A DNA stretch of 60,731 bases from a virus (taxonomy: Duplodnaviria > Caudoviricetes): IMG/VR virus record IMGVR_UViG_3300030061_001772, positions 1-60,731 of that record. One strand, 5' to 3'. Below the pieces are notes generated by a model. That model was given only the letters and a program-made list of their open reading frames with translations, ran no database searches and was not told the DNA's origin. Below are positions 1 to 8,933 of the stretch, piece by piece. How positions within the stretch are numbered: the stretch's first letter is position 1; each line of letters begins with the position of its first letter. The position numbers and the translations under genes are program-made.

Positions 1-1616
1 GTTCGTCTTCTAGGAAACCTGAGAATAGAAAAGCAAAATGTGCTAGCTATGATTGGGAGCGTGGTCTCGGTACTTGCCATAACTGTGATAGCACTTTTCA
101 ACTACATACATACAAACGTAAAGGCAAAGCTGAACGTGATTATGTTATGCCTGAAATCAAAAAGGTTGATCTTGTAGTTGATAAAACGTTAGAGTGGTTT
201 AAAACTAGAGGAATATCTAAGAATACACTAGATGAATTAAAAGTTAGTGTTGGTAAAGAATATATGCCTCAGACCGGCAAAGCCGAGAATACTATACAGT
301 TTAATTATTATGTAGGTGGACAACTTACTAATGTTAAATATAGAGATGGTAGAAAAAACTTTAAGCTTTATAAAGGAGCTGAAAAAGTATTTTATAACAT
401 AGACAATATTGTAGGTCATGATACTTGTGTGATTGTTGAAGGTGAGATGGACGTCTTAGCTTTACATGAAGCAGGCGTACCAAACGCGATATCAGTTCCA
501 AACGGAGCTACGTTGAATACAAATAATCTAGACTATCTAGACAACTGTATTGATTATTTTGATGATATGTCTAAGATAATTATTGCAGTTGATTCAGATG
601 CGCCGGGACAAGCTCTACAGACTGAGTTGATACGTAGGCTTGGGGCTGAGACTTGTTACATAACTACGTTTGATGATTGCAAAGATGCTAATGAGTATTT
701 AGTCAAGCACTCTAGTAAGGAGCTATTGTCACGTATTACAAATGCAAAACCTGTACCTCTTGAAAACGTAACAACGTTTAGAGATATTGAAGATGAAATT
801 ACTGACTTTGTTCGTAATGGATTTAAAAAAGGTTTTCAAATAGGTTTAGATAACTTTGATAACATATTCTCTACATATACTAAGCAGTTTATAACAGTTA
901 CAGGTATACCTAGTTCAGGTAAATCAGACTTTGTAGACCAAATGGTTGTAGGTTATAATAAAGAGTATCAATGGAAAACAGCATTTGCATCTCCTGAAAA
1001 TGCTCCTACATATCTTCATGCTCACAAGCTTATGCGTAAAGTATGGGGTGATATGCCTAACAAAGGAGATATTGGTGGAGACAAATGGAATCAAGTAGCT
1101 GAACATGTTAATGATAACTTTTTCTTTATCGATATGGAACGTTATACTCTTGAGTCTGTATTACGTAAAGGAGCTGAGCTTGTTAAACGTAAAGGTATTA
1201 AATGTCTTGTTATCGATCCATTTAATAAGGTTAGAGACGTTGACTGCACAACAGAAGACGTTAATCGTTACACGATGGAATATTTAACTAAGATTGAAAC
1301 CTTTGCTAAAAAATATGATGTGCTAGTATTTATAGTGGCTCATCCAACTAAAATGTATAAAACACAAGATGGTAAAATTGAAGAACCAACTATGTACAAC
1401 ATTAAAGGCGGTGGCGAATGGTACGACGCTAGCTATCATGGTCTTCTTGTACATCGTGATTATGAGCTTAAGACAACTAAAGTTAAAGTTCTTAAATGTA
1501 AATTTCAGAACCTTGGCGAAAACGGTGCTGAGGCACATTTCACGTGGGAACCACGCTCAGGATGCTTCATACCGGAAATAAAACCAGAACTAGAAGAAAA
1601 AATGCCATGGGAATAA
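1..1616 (+). CDS. Primase-helicase (Twinkle/T7 gp4-like), 5' truncated by window edge
   Basis: Frame is open from nt 3 and contains the zinc-finger half CHNC. TOPRIM motifs IVEGEMD and DSDAPG; Walker A GIPSSGKS; LVIDP; AHPTK. Confidence 0.93.
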   Translation, partial: SSSRKPENRKAKCASYDWERGLGTCHNCDSTFQLHTYKRKGKAERDYVMPEIKKVDLVVDKTLEWFKTRGISKNTLDELKVSVGKEYMPQTGKAENTIQFNYYVGGQLTNVKYRDGRKNFKLYKGAEKVFYNIDNIVGHDTCVIVEGEMDVLALHEAGVPNAISVPNGATLNTNNLDYLDNCIDYFDDMSKIIIAVDSDAPGQALQTELIRRLGAETCYITTFDDCKDANEYLVKHSSKELLSRITNAKPVPLENVTTFRDIEDEITDFVRNGFKKGFQIGLDNFDNIFSTYTKQFITVTGIPSSGKSDFVDQMVVGYNKEYQWKTAFASPENAPTYLHAHKLMRKVWGDMPNKGDIGGDKWNQVAEHVNDNFFFIDMERYTLESVLRKGAELVKRKGIKCLVIDPFNKVRDVDCTTEDVNRYTMEYLTKIETFAKKYDVLVFIVAHPTKMYKTQDGKIEEPTMYNIKGGGEWYDASYHGLLVHRDYELKTTKVKVLKCKFQNLGENGAEAHFTWEPRSGCFIPEIKPELEEKMPWE

Positions 1617-1909
1617 AATATATAGTAGCAGCGTTATTGTTTACCAGTTGTAATGTAAGTTCTAAAGTATTAGAAAAATACAACAACGATGACTTTAATT
1701 ACGTAGGTAGAACAGTAACATATGAAGATGAAGTTGTAGCTAAATTAAAAGCTATTGAATTATCATACGACGGAGGTGAATTAATATATGAAGCCACGTT
1801 TGAATTAACAAACAGCAAATACAACCCTTATGCTATTAATGTTATTAAAATAGCTAGAATGCATCCTAAAATGAAAGACTGGGATATAGAGGTTGAACTT
1901 AAATACTAA
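1607..1909 (+). CDS. Putative lipoprotein
   Basis: ATG at 1607 gives MGIKYIVAALLFTSC, a lipobox-like signal; overlaps helicase stop. Confidence 0.6.
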   Translation: MGIKYIVAALLFTSCNVSSKVLEKYNNDDFNYVGRTVTYEDEVVAKLKAIELSYDGGELIYEATFELTNSKYNPYAINVIKIARMHPKMKDWDIEVELKY

Positions 1910-2166
1910 TGATACCTAAAAAGGTTGATTGGAAACCACCTTTATGGGACAAAGCAAACACTGAAGCATATCAATGGTGTATAAAACATGGTGTGAAAAT
2001 ATACTCCGTGCCTTGCGGTAAAGGTTTTGGCAACAAGACTTGTTGGATAGAGGTAAATGTAAACGGAAGAAAAAAATTAAGTCCAGGAACTTATGGTCCA
2101 ACAGAATTATGGCCTAAAGTTATGGAACTATATAAATTTTATTATGATAAAAACATTCGCAAATAG
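1909..2166 (+). CDS. Hypothetical protein
   Basis: 85-aa ORF coupled to the upstream stop (TAATG). Confidence 0.7.
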   Translation: MIPKKVDWKPPLWDKANTEAYQWCIKHGVKIYSVPCGKGFGNKTCWIEVNVNGRKKLSPGTYGPTELWPKVMELYKFYYDKNIRK

Positions 2167-2860
2167 ATTTAGAAACGCTAATGAAGCTTTTCAATACTGG
2201 TACCAATGTATAGAACACTATGGCACAGACTTTGATGGAACAAAAGCTTTATTTAATGTAGGATTTGAAATGGAAAATCCACATGAAATGGAAATTAAAG
2301 AATCATGGCGTAATTGGAATGCTGATTACGCGGCAGCTGAGTGGGCTTGGTATATGACAGGTGATACCAACATTAAAACACTAGGTAAACTATATGGTAA
2401 AATTCCTGAAATATGGAAACACATGGCAGATGATCATGGTAATGTTAATTCTAACTACGGTTATCAATGGGGTAGAAACTCACAACTTGACTATGTAATA
2501 GAAAAACTAAGACGTGATCCTGACACTAGACAAGCTACGATTAGTATATATGACGGGAAAGAACATTCATTATATAGTAGAGACACCCCGTGCACATATG
2601 CGATACAATTTACAGTTGTTGACAATCATTTAAATATGTGTGTTACAATGCGATCTAATGATCTCTGGTTTGGTTTCTGTAATGATCAATATTGTTTTGC
2701 ACAATTACAAAAATTAGTTGCAGAGGAGACAGATTATGATCTTGGTACATATTATCATTTTGCTCATAATTTACATTTATACACACCACAGCTAGGTAAG
2801 TTCTTGAGTACGAAAGAGAAAGGACCAGCACAATCAAGAGCAGACGAATATGGATGGTAA
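2144..2860 (+). CDS. Thymidylate synthase family protein, dCMP hydroxymethylase-like
   Basis: NSNYG, catalytic DTPCT, MRSNDLWFGFCND (Asp at the specificity position) and HNLHLY. Confidence 0.85.
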   Translation: MIKTFANRFRNANEAFQYWYQCIEHYGTDFDGTKALFNVGFEMENPHEMEIKESWRNWNADYAAAEWAWYMTGDTNIKTLGKLYGKIPEIWKHMADDHGNVNSNYGYQWGRNSQLDYVIEKLRRDPDTRQATISIYDGKEHSLYSRDTPCTYAIQFTVVDNHLNMCVTMRSNDLWFGFCNDQYCFAQLQKLVAEETDYDLGTYYHFAHNLHLYTPQLGKFLSTKEKGPAQSRADEYGW

Positions 2861-3653
2861 TATAACATATTATTTATACCACATCCCGGGTAAAAAGATT
2901 GGTGTAACACGTAATCTTATAGATAGAGTTACAACACAACAGGGATATACCCTAGACGAAATAGAAGTTCTAGATCAAAGCACAGATATCGATTATATAT
3001 CAAGCCGCGAGTTAGAACTTCAAAAGTCTTACGGCTATCGAGTCGACCTTAAACCTTATAAACAATTATTTAAAATGAAAATTAACGCAACCGAGCAAAC
3101 CTCGACATTTCCTGTACCTTTAAACAAACTAAAAGGTAGACTTATGGACTCAATAGGAGACACATGGGAAACAATACATGGTACATTTACAGTAACTAAA
3201 GATTCTGTAGATTGGATAATGAAACATGCTAAGACATCTATGTTTAATAAAAATAGATCTTATATATATAATAAAGCGTTTTACGAGGCTTTTTTAAACG
3301 AAGCTAAGCAAGAAGCTACATTGTTTTATAATCAATTAAAAGATAGAGCTAATGGAGTTGAAAAAGACAGATTTCAATTAATAAGAGATTGGGCAGATGA
3401 AAGAGGGCTTTATGATAAAGGAGATACTAAAACACAATACTGTAAGCTTATGGAAGAGGCTGGAGAGCTTGGTAGAGCTATACTAAAAAAAGATAATGAA
3501 GAGTTTGTAGATGCTATTGGAGATATGGTTGTTGTATTAACCAACTTAGCTCATTTAGGCGGAGTATCAATTGAACATTGCATTGATTCAGCTTATAACG
3601 AAATAAAAGACCGTAAAGGCGGAATGCAGAATGGAACTTTTGTTAAAGACTAA
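2850..3653 (+). CDS. MazG-like NTP pyrophosphohydrolase with N-terminal GIY-YIG-like segment
   Basis: C-terminal KLMEEAGEL...DAIGDMVVVL...AYNEIKDRKG; N-terminal YYLYHIPGKKIGVTRNLIDR. Confidence 0.8.
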   Translation: MDGNITYYLYHIPGKKIGVTRNLIDRVTTQQGYTLDEIEVLDQSTDIDYISSRELELQKSYGYRVDLKPYKQLFKMKINATEQTSTFPVPLNKLKGRLMDSIGDTWETIHGTFTVTKDSVDWIMKHAKTSMFNKNRSYIYNKAFYEAFLNEAKQEATLFYNQLKDRANGVEKDRFQLIRDWADERGLYDKGDTKTQYCKLMEEAGELGRAILKKDNEEFVDAIGDMVVVLTNLAHLGGVSIEHCIDSAYNEIKDRKGGMQNGTFVKD

Positions 3654-3738
3654 TCCAACGTTTGGTATAGCGTTAGCTAATTTAGTAGCATTATTATTTA
3701 TTTTAATCTTATATTATTATGACAGAAAAAACAATTAA
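3631..3738 (+). CDS. Small membrane peptide (35 aa)
   Basis: MELLLKTNPTFGIALANLVALLFILILYYYDRKNN fills the gap between neighbouring genes. Confidence 0.4.
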   Translation: MELLLKTNPTFGIALANLVALLFILILYYYDRKNN

Positions 3739-4006
3739 ATTTAGAGATCCAGTGGTTGAACGCGTTGTAGATAAATTTGTAGACCGTTCAGATGTTGGTT
3801 TTAAAAAATACAAACAAACACTAGACACTGAGCGTAAGACTGGAGTTAAAGACTTAGCTGGATATCTTAACGATGTACAAGAAGAGCTAATGGATGCAAT
3901 ATTATATATTCAAGCAGCACGCGAAGAGCTGTCTGAAGCTAAAGACAAAGTCTACGGCGAAAGTATTAATGGTTTACCTTACTATGTCTCGGATATTGCG
4001 TCGTAA
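3719..4006 (+). CDS. Small all-alpha MazG-fold-like nucleotide pyrophosphatase
   Basis: RSDVGFKKY...QEELMDAILY acidic helix motif. Confidence 0.55.
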   Translation: MTEKTIKFRDPVVERVVDKFVDRSDVGFKKYKQTLDTERKTGVKDLAGYLNDVQEELMDAILYIQAAREELSEAKDKVYGESINGLPYYVSDIAS

Positions 4007-4436
4007 AAAACGCGGTCCGGTTAGAGCTAAGAAAAAAGTTGTAGATGGTATAGAATTTAAGTCAGGACTAGAAGCATATATGTATAAAGCTTTAAAAGAA
4101 GCAGGTATACAGGCAGAGTACGAAGGGGTAAAGTATGAACTTACCCCTTCATTTGACTTTAACAATAATAGTTATGAGCGACAAGGAAATGGAAAAGGCG
4201 AGTACAAAGATCGCGGAGGCAAGAAGATACTTAAGATCTCTTACACACCTGATTTTACAGGAACAGGGTTTATCATTGAGTGTAAAGGAAGGGCAAACGA
4301 ATCTTTTCCTATACGTTGGAAACTATTTAAGAAATATGTCAGCGAACGACTTCATAGCGTTACTTTATATAAACCACAAAATCAAAAAGAATGCGACGAA
4401 ACCGTGAGCTTAATACTTGGGAAAAGAAAGATCTAG
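3984..4436 (+). CDS. PD-(D/E)xK endonuclease (T7 endonuclease I / resolvase-like)
   Basis: FKSGLE, YTPDF and IIECKG motifs; likely start at 3984. Confidence 0.8.
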   Translation: MSRILRRKKRGPVRAKKKVVDGIEFKSGLEAYMYKALKEAGIQAEYEGVKYELTPSFDFNNNSYERQGNGKGEYKDRGGKKILKISYTPDFTGTGFIIECKGRANESFPIRWKLFKKYVSERLHSVTLYKPQNQKECDETVSLILGKRKI

Positions 4437-4555
4437 CTAGACGCAAGTATGCTGAAAGAAAACTACAACAGTTTATTAACTGGAGTATAGAAAGTAAAGG
4501 TTATTTAAAATATAAAGACTTAATAGAATATAGTAAAAAATATGAAACAAGATAG
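4391..4555 (+). CDS. Small hypothetical protein (54 aa)
   Basis: Open frame MRRNRELNTWEKKDLARRKY...KYETR bridges the endonuclease and tonB genes. Confidence 0.45.
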   Translation: MRRNRELNTWEKKDLARRKYAERKLQQFINWSIESKGYLKYKDLIEYSKKYETR

Positions 4556-5177
4556 AATAACACATACATTGATAGGATTAACTTTAACATTGGCTTTTTC
4601 TGTTTGCTTTTTAGAATATAAAACAATAGCAGCAGATAATCAATATATAAGTTCTTCTTTGGTTCAACTAGAGGATGAGGTTATTGTAGAAATAAACAAA
4701 CCAATTATACCTCCTCCACCACCACCTCCAGTTTCAATACCGGAATTAGTAGAAGTTGTAAAAGATGAAGAAATAATAGATAAACCTATTATTTTATTAG
4801 ATCCTGAAATAGATATTGATATAGTTATAAACGTAGAAGAACAAGAAGAACCTATTGTTGAAACTATTTTTGATGTTGTTGAAGAAGTACCAGAGTTTGT
4901 AGGTGGGGTTGAAAAGCTATACGAATATTTAGGTAATAACATAAATTATCCTGAACAAGCTAAAGACTTTAGTATTCAAGGTAAAGTTTTTGTACAATTT
5001 GTAGTATGGAAAGATGGTACTATTAAAGATGTTAATGTCGTTAAAGGAGCACATAAACTTTTAAATAAAGAAGCTTTAAGAGTTATAACTAATATGCCTA
5101 AATGGAAACCAGGAAAACAAAGAGGTAAAAATGTAAACGCAAGATTTACATTGCCCATAAAATTTAGAATAAGCTAA
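4542..5177 (+). CDS. tonB: TonB family energy transducer
   Basis: N-terminal TM helix, poly-Pro and acidic linker, TonB_C domain (PEFVGG...YPEQA...IQGKVFVQFVV..DG...WKPGKQRG...FTLPIKF). Confidence 0.9.
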   Translation: MKQDRITHTLIGLTLTLAFSVCFLEYKTIAADNQYISSSLVQLEDEVIVEINKPIIPPPPPPPVSIPELVEVVKDEEIIDKPIILLDPEIDIDIVINVEEQEEPIVETIFDVVEEVPEFVGGVEKLYEYLGNNINYPEQAKDFSIQGKVFVQFVVWKDGTIKDVNVVKGAHKLLNKEALRVITNMPKWKPGKQRGKNVNARFTLPIKFRIS

Positions 5178-5395
5178 TGAAAGAAAACACACTGCTTGAA
5201 ATGCAGAATAAAATAAAAGCATTAACAAATGTTGTACAACACTTAGTTAATGAAATAGAATACATGAGAACGTTGTCTTATGGTACGTTAGAAACAATAA
5301 AGCAAATGCCAGATTATGAGGAAGCTTTAGGTAAAGTAAAAACAAAAGTTAAAGAAGCAAAAGAAGATGGAGTTATCAAACAAGATACTAAGTGA
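5177..5395 (+). CDS. Hypothetical coiled-coil protein
   Basis: 72-aa ORF coupled to the tonB stop. Confidence 0.7.
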   Translation: MKENTLLEMQNKIKALTNVVQHLVNEIEYMRTLSYGTLETIKQMPDYEEALGKVKTKVKEAKEDGVIKQDTK

Positions 5396-7229
5396 TGTAA
5401 CAGTTTATATGAAATACGCAAAATATATCCCTGAATTAAGCCGTAGGGAGACATGGGACGAACTAGTAACACGTAACATGAATATGCATATTAAAAAATA
5501 TCCTGAGCTCACAGACGACATTAAAACAACATATAAATTGGTCTATGAAAAAAAGATTTTACCATCTATGCGATCGCTTCAGTTCGGTGGTAAGCCGATT
5601 GAAATATCACCTAATCGTGTGTATAATTGTGCTTACTTACCTATCGATCATATTGAATCGTTTAATGAGATTATGTTTTTATTACTTGGCGGAACCGGAG
5701 TTGGATACTCTGTTCAAGATCACCATGTTAAAAAGCTAGATCCGGTTAATAAACCTTATAGTAAAAGAACTAGAAGATTTTTAATAGGTGACTCAATTGA
5801 AGGTTGGGCTGACTCTATTAAAGTACTAATGAAATCATATCTTGGTGACAAAAGAAGTTCACGTATAGAGTTTGACTACTCTGATATACGCCCTAAGGGT
5901 GCAATGTTAGTAACGTCTGGTGGTAAAGCACCTGGACCTCAACCACTTAAAGAATGTATAGTAAAGATAACAGGAGTTTTAGATTCAAAGGAGGATGGCG
6001 ATACGCTCTCCACTATAGAAGTACACGATATAGTTTGCCATATTGCAGACGCCGTCTTAGCTGGTGGGATACGTCGAGCAGCTTTGATAAGTCTGTTCTC
6101 AGCGGACGACGAGGAGATGATCTCTTGCAAGTCTGGAAATTGGTGGGAAACAAATCCACAAAGAGGTAGGGCTAACAACTCTGCTGTTTTAATGAGGCAT
6201 AAAATTACTAAAGAGTTTTTTATGGATCTATGGAAACGTGTAGAACTATCAGGCGCAGGTGAACCTGGTATATACTTTAACAATGATAAAGACTGGGGTA
6301 CAAACCCTTGTTGTGAAATAGCTTTACGACCTAATCAGTTTTGTAACTTATGTGAAGTAAATGCTAGTGACATAGAGTCACAAGATGATTTTAATAACAG
6401 AGTGAAAGCAGCTGCGTTCATAGGAACATTACAAGCTGGATATACAGACTTTCACTACTTAAGAGATGTATGGAAAGAAACAACAGAGAAAGACGCTTTA
6501 ATAGGCGTCTCGATGACTGGGATAGGCTCGGGCACGGTGTTAGGATACGACATGAAGAAAGCCGCTCAAATAGTAAAAAGAGAAAACGCAAGAGTCGCGA
6601 AAGTGATTGGAATTAATCCATCAGCTAGATGCACAACCGTGAAGCCTGCAGGGACAACATCTCTGGCATTAGGAACATCATCTGGTATTCATGCGTGGCA
6701 TAATGATTACTATGTCCGTAGAGTTAGGGTTGGTAAAAACGAAAGTATATACAAATACTTAGTTGAAAATCATCCCGCTTTAATTGAAGATGAGTATTTT
6801 AGACCGCATGATACAGCTGTAATTAGTATACCACAAAAATCACCTGAAGGTTCTATACTTAGAACTGAATCACCTTTTCAATTACTTGAACGTATAAAGA
6901 AAGTAGCTACTGAATGGGTTGCACCTGGACATAGAAAAGGTAGTAACACCCATAATGTATCTGCTACGGTTAGTTTAAAAGCTGAAGAGTGGGAAGACGC
7001 AGGAGAGTGGATGTGGGACAACAGAAATCATTATAATGGTTTATCTGTTTTACCTTACGATGGTGGAACTTATACGCAAGCGCCATTTGAAGATATAACC
7101 GAAGGTGAATATCTTAATATGTTACAACACTTAACTGATATAAATTTAGAAAATGTTATCGAGACTGAAGACAACACTGATCTCTCTGGCGAGCTTGCTT
7201 GCGCTGGTGGTTCTTGCGAGATTACATAG
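5367..7229 (+). CDS. nrdJ: Class II (adenosylcobalamin-dependent) ribonucleotide reductase
   Basis: NCAY, TNPCCEI, TVKPAGT and C-terminal CAGGSC redox pair; no beta subunit nearby. Confidence 0.88.
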   Translation: MELSNKILSDVTVYMKYAKYIPELSRRETWDELVTRNMNMHIKKYPELTDDIKTTYKLVYEKKILPSMRSLQFGGKPIEISPNRVYNCAYLPIDHIESFNEIMFLLLGGTGVGYSVQDHHVKKLDPVNKPYSKRTRRFLIGDSIEGWADSIKVLMKSYLGDKRSSRIEFDYSDIRPKGAMLVTSGGKAPGPQPLKECIVKITGVLDSKEDGDTLSTIEVHDIVCHIADAVLAGGIRRAALISLFSADDEEMISCKSGNWWETNPQRGRANNSAVLMRHKITKEFFMDLWKRVELSGAGEPGIYFNNDKDWGTNPCCEIALRPNQFCNLCEVNASDIESQDDFNNRVKAAAFIGTLQAGYTDFHYLRDVWKETTEKDALIGVSMTGIGSGTVLGYDMKKAAQIVKRENARVAKVIGINPSARCTTVKPAGTTSLALGTSSGIHAWHNDYYVRRVRVGKNESIYKYLVENHPALIEDEYFRPHDTAVISIPQKSPEGSILRTESPFQLLERIKKVATEWVAPGHRKGSNTHNVSATVSLKAEEWEDAGEWMWDNRNHYNGLSVLPYDGGTYTQAPFEDITEGEYLNMLQHLTDINLENVIETEDNTDLSGELACAGGSCEIT

Positions 7230-7740
7230 TTGCAAAAAAATAACAGATAATTATAAAACATTTACTATAAGAGAGGGTAAACATAGGTCGACAAATGCCT
7301 TGAACTATAGTAAGGACACGGTGTTCGGTTGGAACATTGAATTTGATTCAAGTGCTATCTACAAATGTGTGGATAGCCTTAATCAATATGATATAAACAA
7401 ATTAATAGGGTGGAGTGATTGTGGTACAGATCATATAGAAAACTCTATACGCTTTGGATGGAGATGGCTAGATGATAGCTTAGAAATACATTGGTTTAAA
7501 CATGAACATGGTAAATTTAGTTTTGATCTCATTAAGAGAGTTAGTCTATGTGAAGAACATTATTATGAGTTAACTATATTTAGATGGGATTATAAGCTAG
7601 CTGTCGATGGCACATATGTTTATGTGCCTCGCAATTGTCCAAACGAATATAGAAGATATCAACTATATCCTTATTTTGGAGGAGAAGAAACTGCACCTAA
7701 TGACATAAATATTAAAATAAAAAAGGGGACCTCGTATTGA
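7153..7740 (+). CDS. Putative exported or lipoprotein beta-rich protein
   Basis: Hydrophobic N-terminus ending LHSCKK; beta-rich body ending PYFGGEETAP; start uncertain. Confidence 0.65.
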   Translation: MLSRLKTTLISLASLLALVVLARLHSCKKITDNYKTFTIREGKHRSTNALNYSKDTVFGWNIEFDSSAIYKCVDSLNQYDINKLIGWSDCGTDHIENSIRFGWRWLDDSLEIHWFKHEHGKFSFDLIKRVSLCEEHYYELTIFRWDYKLAVDGTYVYVPRNCPNEYRRYQLYPYFGGEETAPNDINIKIKKGTSY

Positions 7741-7752
7741 GATCCCCTTTTT
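7719..7752. terminator. Bidirectional intrinsic terminator
   Basis: AAAAAAGGGGACCTC-GTATT-GAGATCCCCTTTTT at the convergence of the + and - gene blocks. Confidence 0.85.
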
Positions 7753-7796
7753 GGTTACAGGAACTTTGGGTATGGTGCCCAGTTTTTTTAGTGTTC

Positions 7797-8027
7797 CTAA
7801 TACAGTGTGTCTGAATAAGCTACATAAGAGCCTAACAGCTGATTTTCTTCTTCTAATCTTAAGCTTTCATTATATAATAAATAATAATCAGTTTCTAAAT
7901 CTAGTAACTTAAACTTTAATTTTGCTTTTTCTATTCTATTTACTTTAATTTCATTAATCAAAACTTGATTATAAATTAATAAAGTTAACGATATTATACA
8001 TATAATATATATTGCTATTCTTTTCAT
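7797..8027 (-). CDS. Membrane-anchored coiled-coil protein
   Basis: N-terminal TM helix followed by a heptad pattern. Confidence 0.65.
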   Translation of the reverse strand: MKRIAIYIICIISLTLLIYNQVLINEIKVNRIEKAKLKFKLLDLETDYYLLYNESLRLEEENQLLGSYVAYSDTLY

Positions 8028-8227
8028 TTTACATTTCTATACATTTCTCTATGTGTAGGATCTTTTATAGCAAAAAGACCTAGCTTACCTTTAGCTTTTG
8101 CTTTTTTACTTCTAGGTATTTTATAGGCTTTCATTTGATATTCTTTACCATCTATTTCTACACCGTGAGTTTTTCTCTTAAGAAAACCTCCCCAATCTTT
8201 GTTCATTTTTTTATTTCTATGTCCCAT
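8024..8227 (-). CDS. Basic hypothetical protein
   Basis: Likely start MGHRNKK at 8227, just after the upstream stop. Confidence 0.55.
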   Translation of the reverse strand: MGHRNKKMNKDWGGFLKRKTHGVEIDGKEYQMKAYKIPRSKKAKAKGKLGLFAIKDPTHREMYRNVK

Positions 8228-8231
8228 AATA

Positions 8232-8480
8232 TTAGCATTTCCATCTTTTTCTAGCTGCTTTTCCCCTTTCACCAGTCCATCCTTTCGATCTTGCACAAAA
8301 AGCTTTTCTACGTTTAGCTGCTTTACTACCAGGTTTTACTTTGCCAGTTACAGCTGTTTTAAGTTTGCTACCAGGATTTTTCTTTCTGTAAGCTTTAACA
8401 CCTTTAGATGTCATGCCAGCGCCTTCTTCTGTTGTTCTGAAGTTTCGTCCTTTACCTTTAGTAGTCTTACGTATAGCCAT
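8232..8480 (-). CDS. Small basic phage protein
   Basis: GMTSKGVKAYR..NPGSKL...RRKAFCARS...RWKC pattern. Confidence 0.8.
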   Translation of the reverse strand: MAIRKTTKGKGRNFRTTEEGAGMTSKGVKAYRKKNPGSKLKTAVTGKVKPGSKAAKRRKAFCARSKGWTGERGKAARKRWKC

Positions 8481-8593
8481 TACTTTTTCTTTTTTATAGG
8501 CACACAGTTAGGTACTTGTTTGCCTCCCTTTTTCTTCATACCTATTGCTTCATATCCTTTCCAGCATGGGTTTTTCTTTTTCTTTTTTTTCAT
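8480..8593 (-). CDS. Small basic CWKGY...VPNCV protein (37 aa)
   Basis: MKKKKKKNPCWKGYEAIGMKKKGGKQVPNCVPIKKKK, coupled to neighbours at both ends. Confidence 0.75.
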   Translation of the reverse strand: MKKKKKKNPCWKGYEAIGMKKKGGKQVPNCVPIKKKK

Positions 8594-8931
8594 CGTGACA
8601 TTCTGTTAAATTTTCTATTTAATTTATTAGCTTTTCTAGAACTCATTCCAGTACCGCCTTTATTAGTAGCGACTAAAGTCTTTTTAATTTCTCCTTTTTT
8701 ATTATAAATATCTAAAGATTTAGCTGAAGGTGTTTTTACCATTGACACAGTTTCTGTTCTATCTAAAAACCTAGGATTACCACTGCTTTGTCTAACCTCT
8801 TTTTGTCCAGAATAATTAGTATTTAAAACTGCTTTTACTCTACCTTTTTTACTATAAGTTTTTGTTTGTCCACCTGGTTTTCTTTTAGAACCTTTGGTTG
8901 TTACTTTCTTTTTTGCTGGTTTATATGCCAT
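8590..8931 (-). CDS. Basic hypothetical protein
   Basis: 113-aa Lys-rich ORF in operon context. Confidence 0.7.
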   Translation of the reverse strand: MAYKPAKKKVTTKGSKRKPGGQTKTYSKKGRVKAVLNTNYSGQKEVRQSSGNPRFLDRTETVSMVKTPSAKSLDIYNKKGEIKKTLVATNKGGTGMSSRKANKLNRKFNRMSR

Positions 8932-8933
8932 AA

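Noticed and set aside
2144-2860. Plain thyA annotation
   Set aside because: The specificity residue is Asp, as in dCMP-modifying enzymes, so the symbol is withheld.
4664-4942. Poly-Gly/Ser minus-strand ORF
   Set aside because: Antisense shadow of the TonB poly-Pro and acidic linker.
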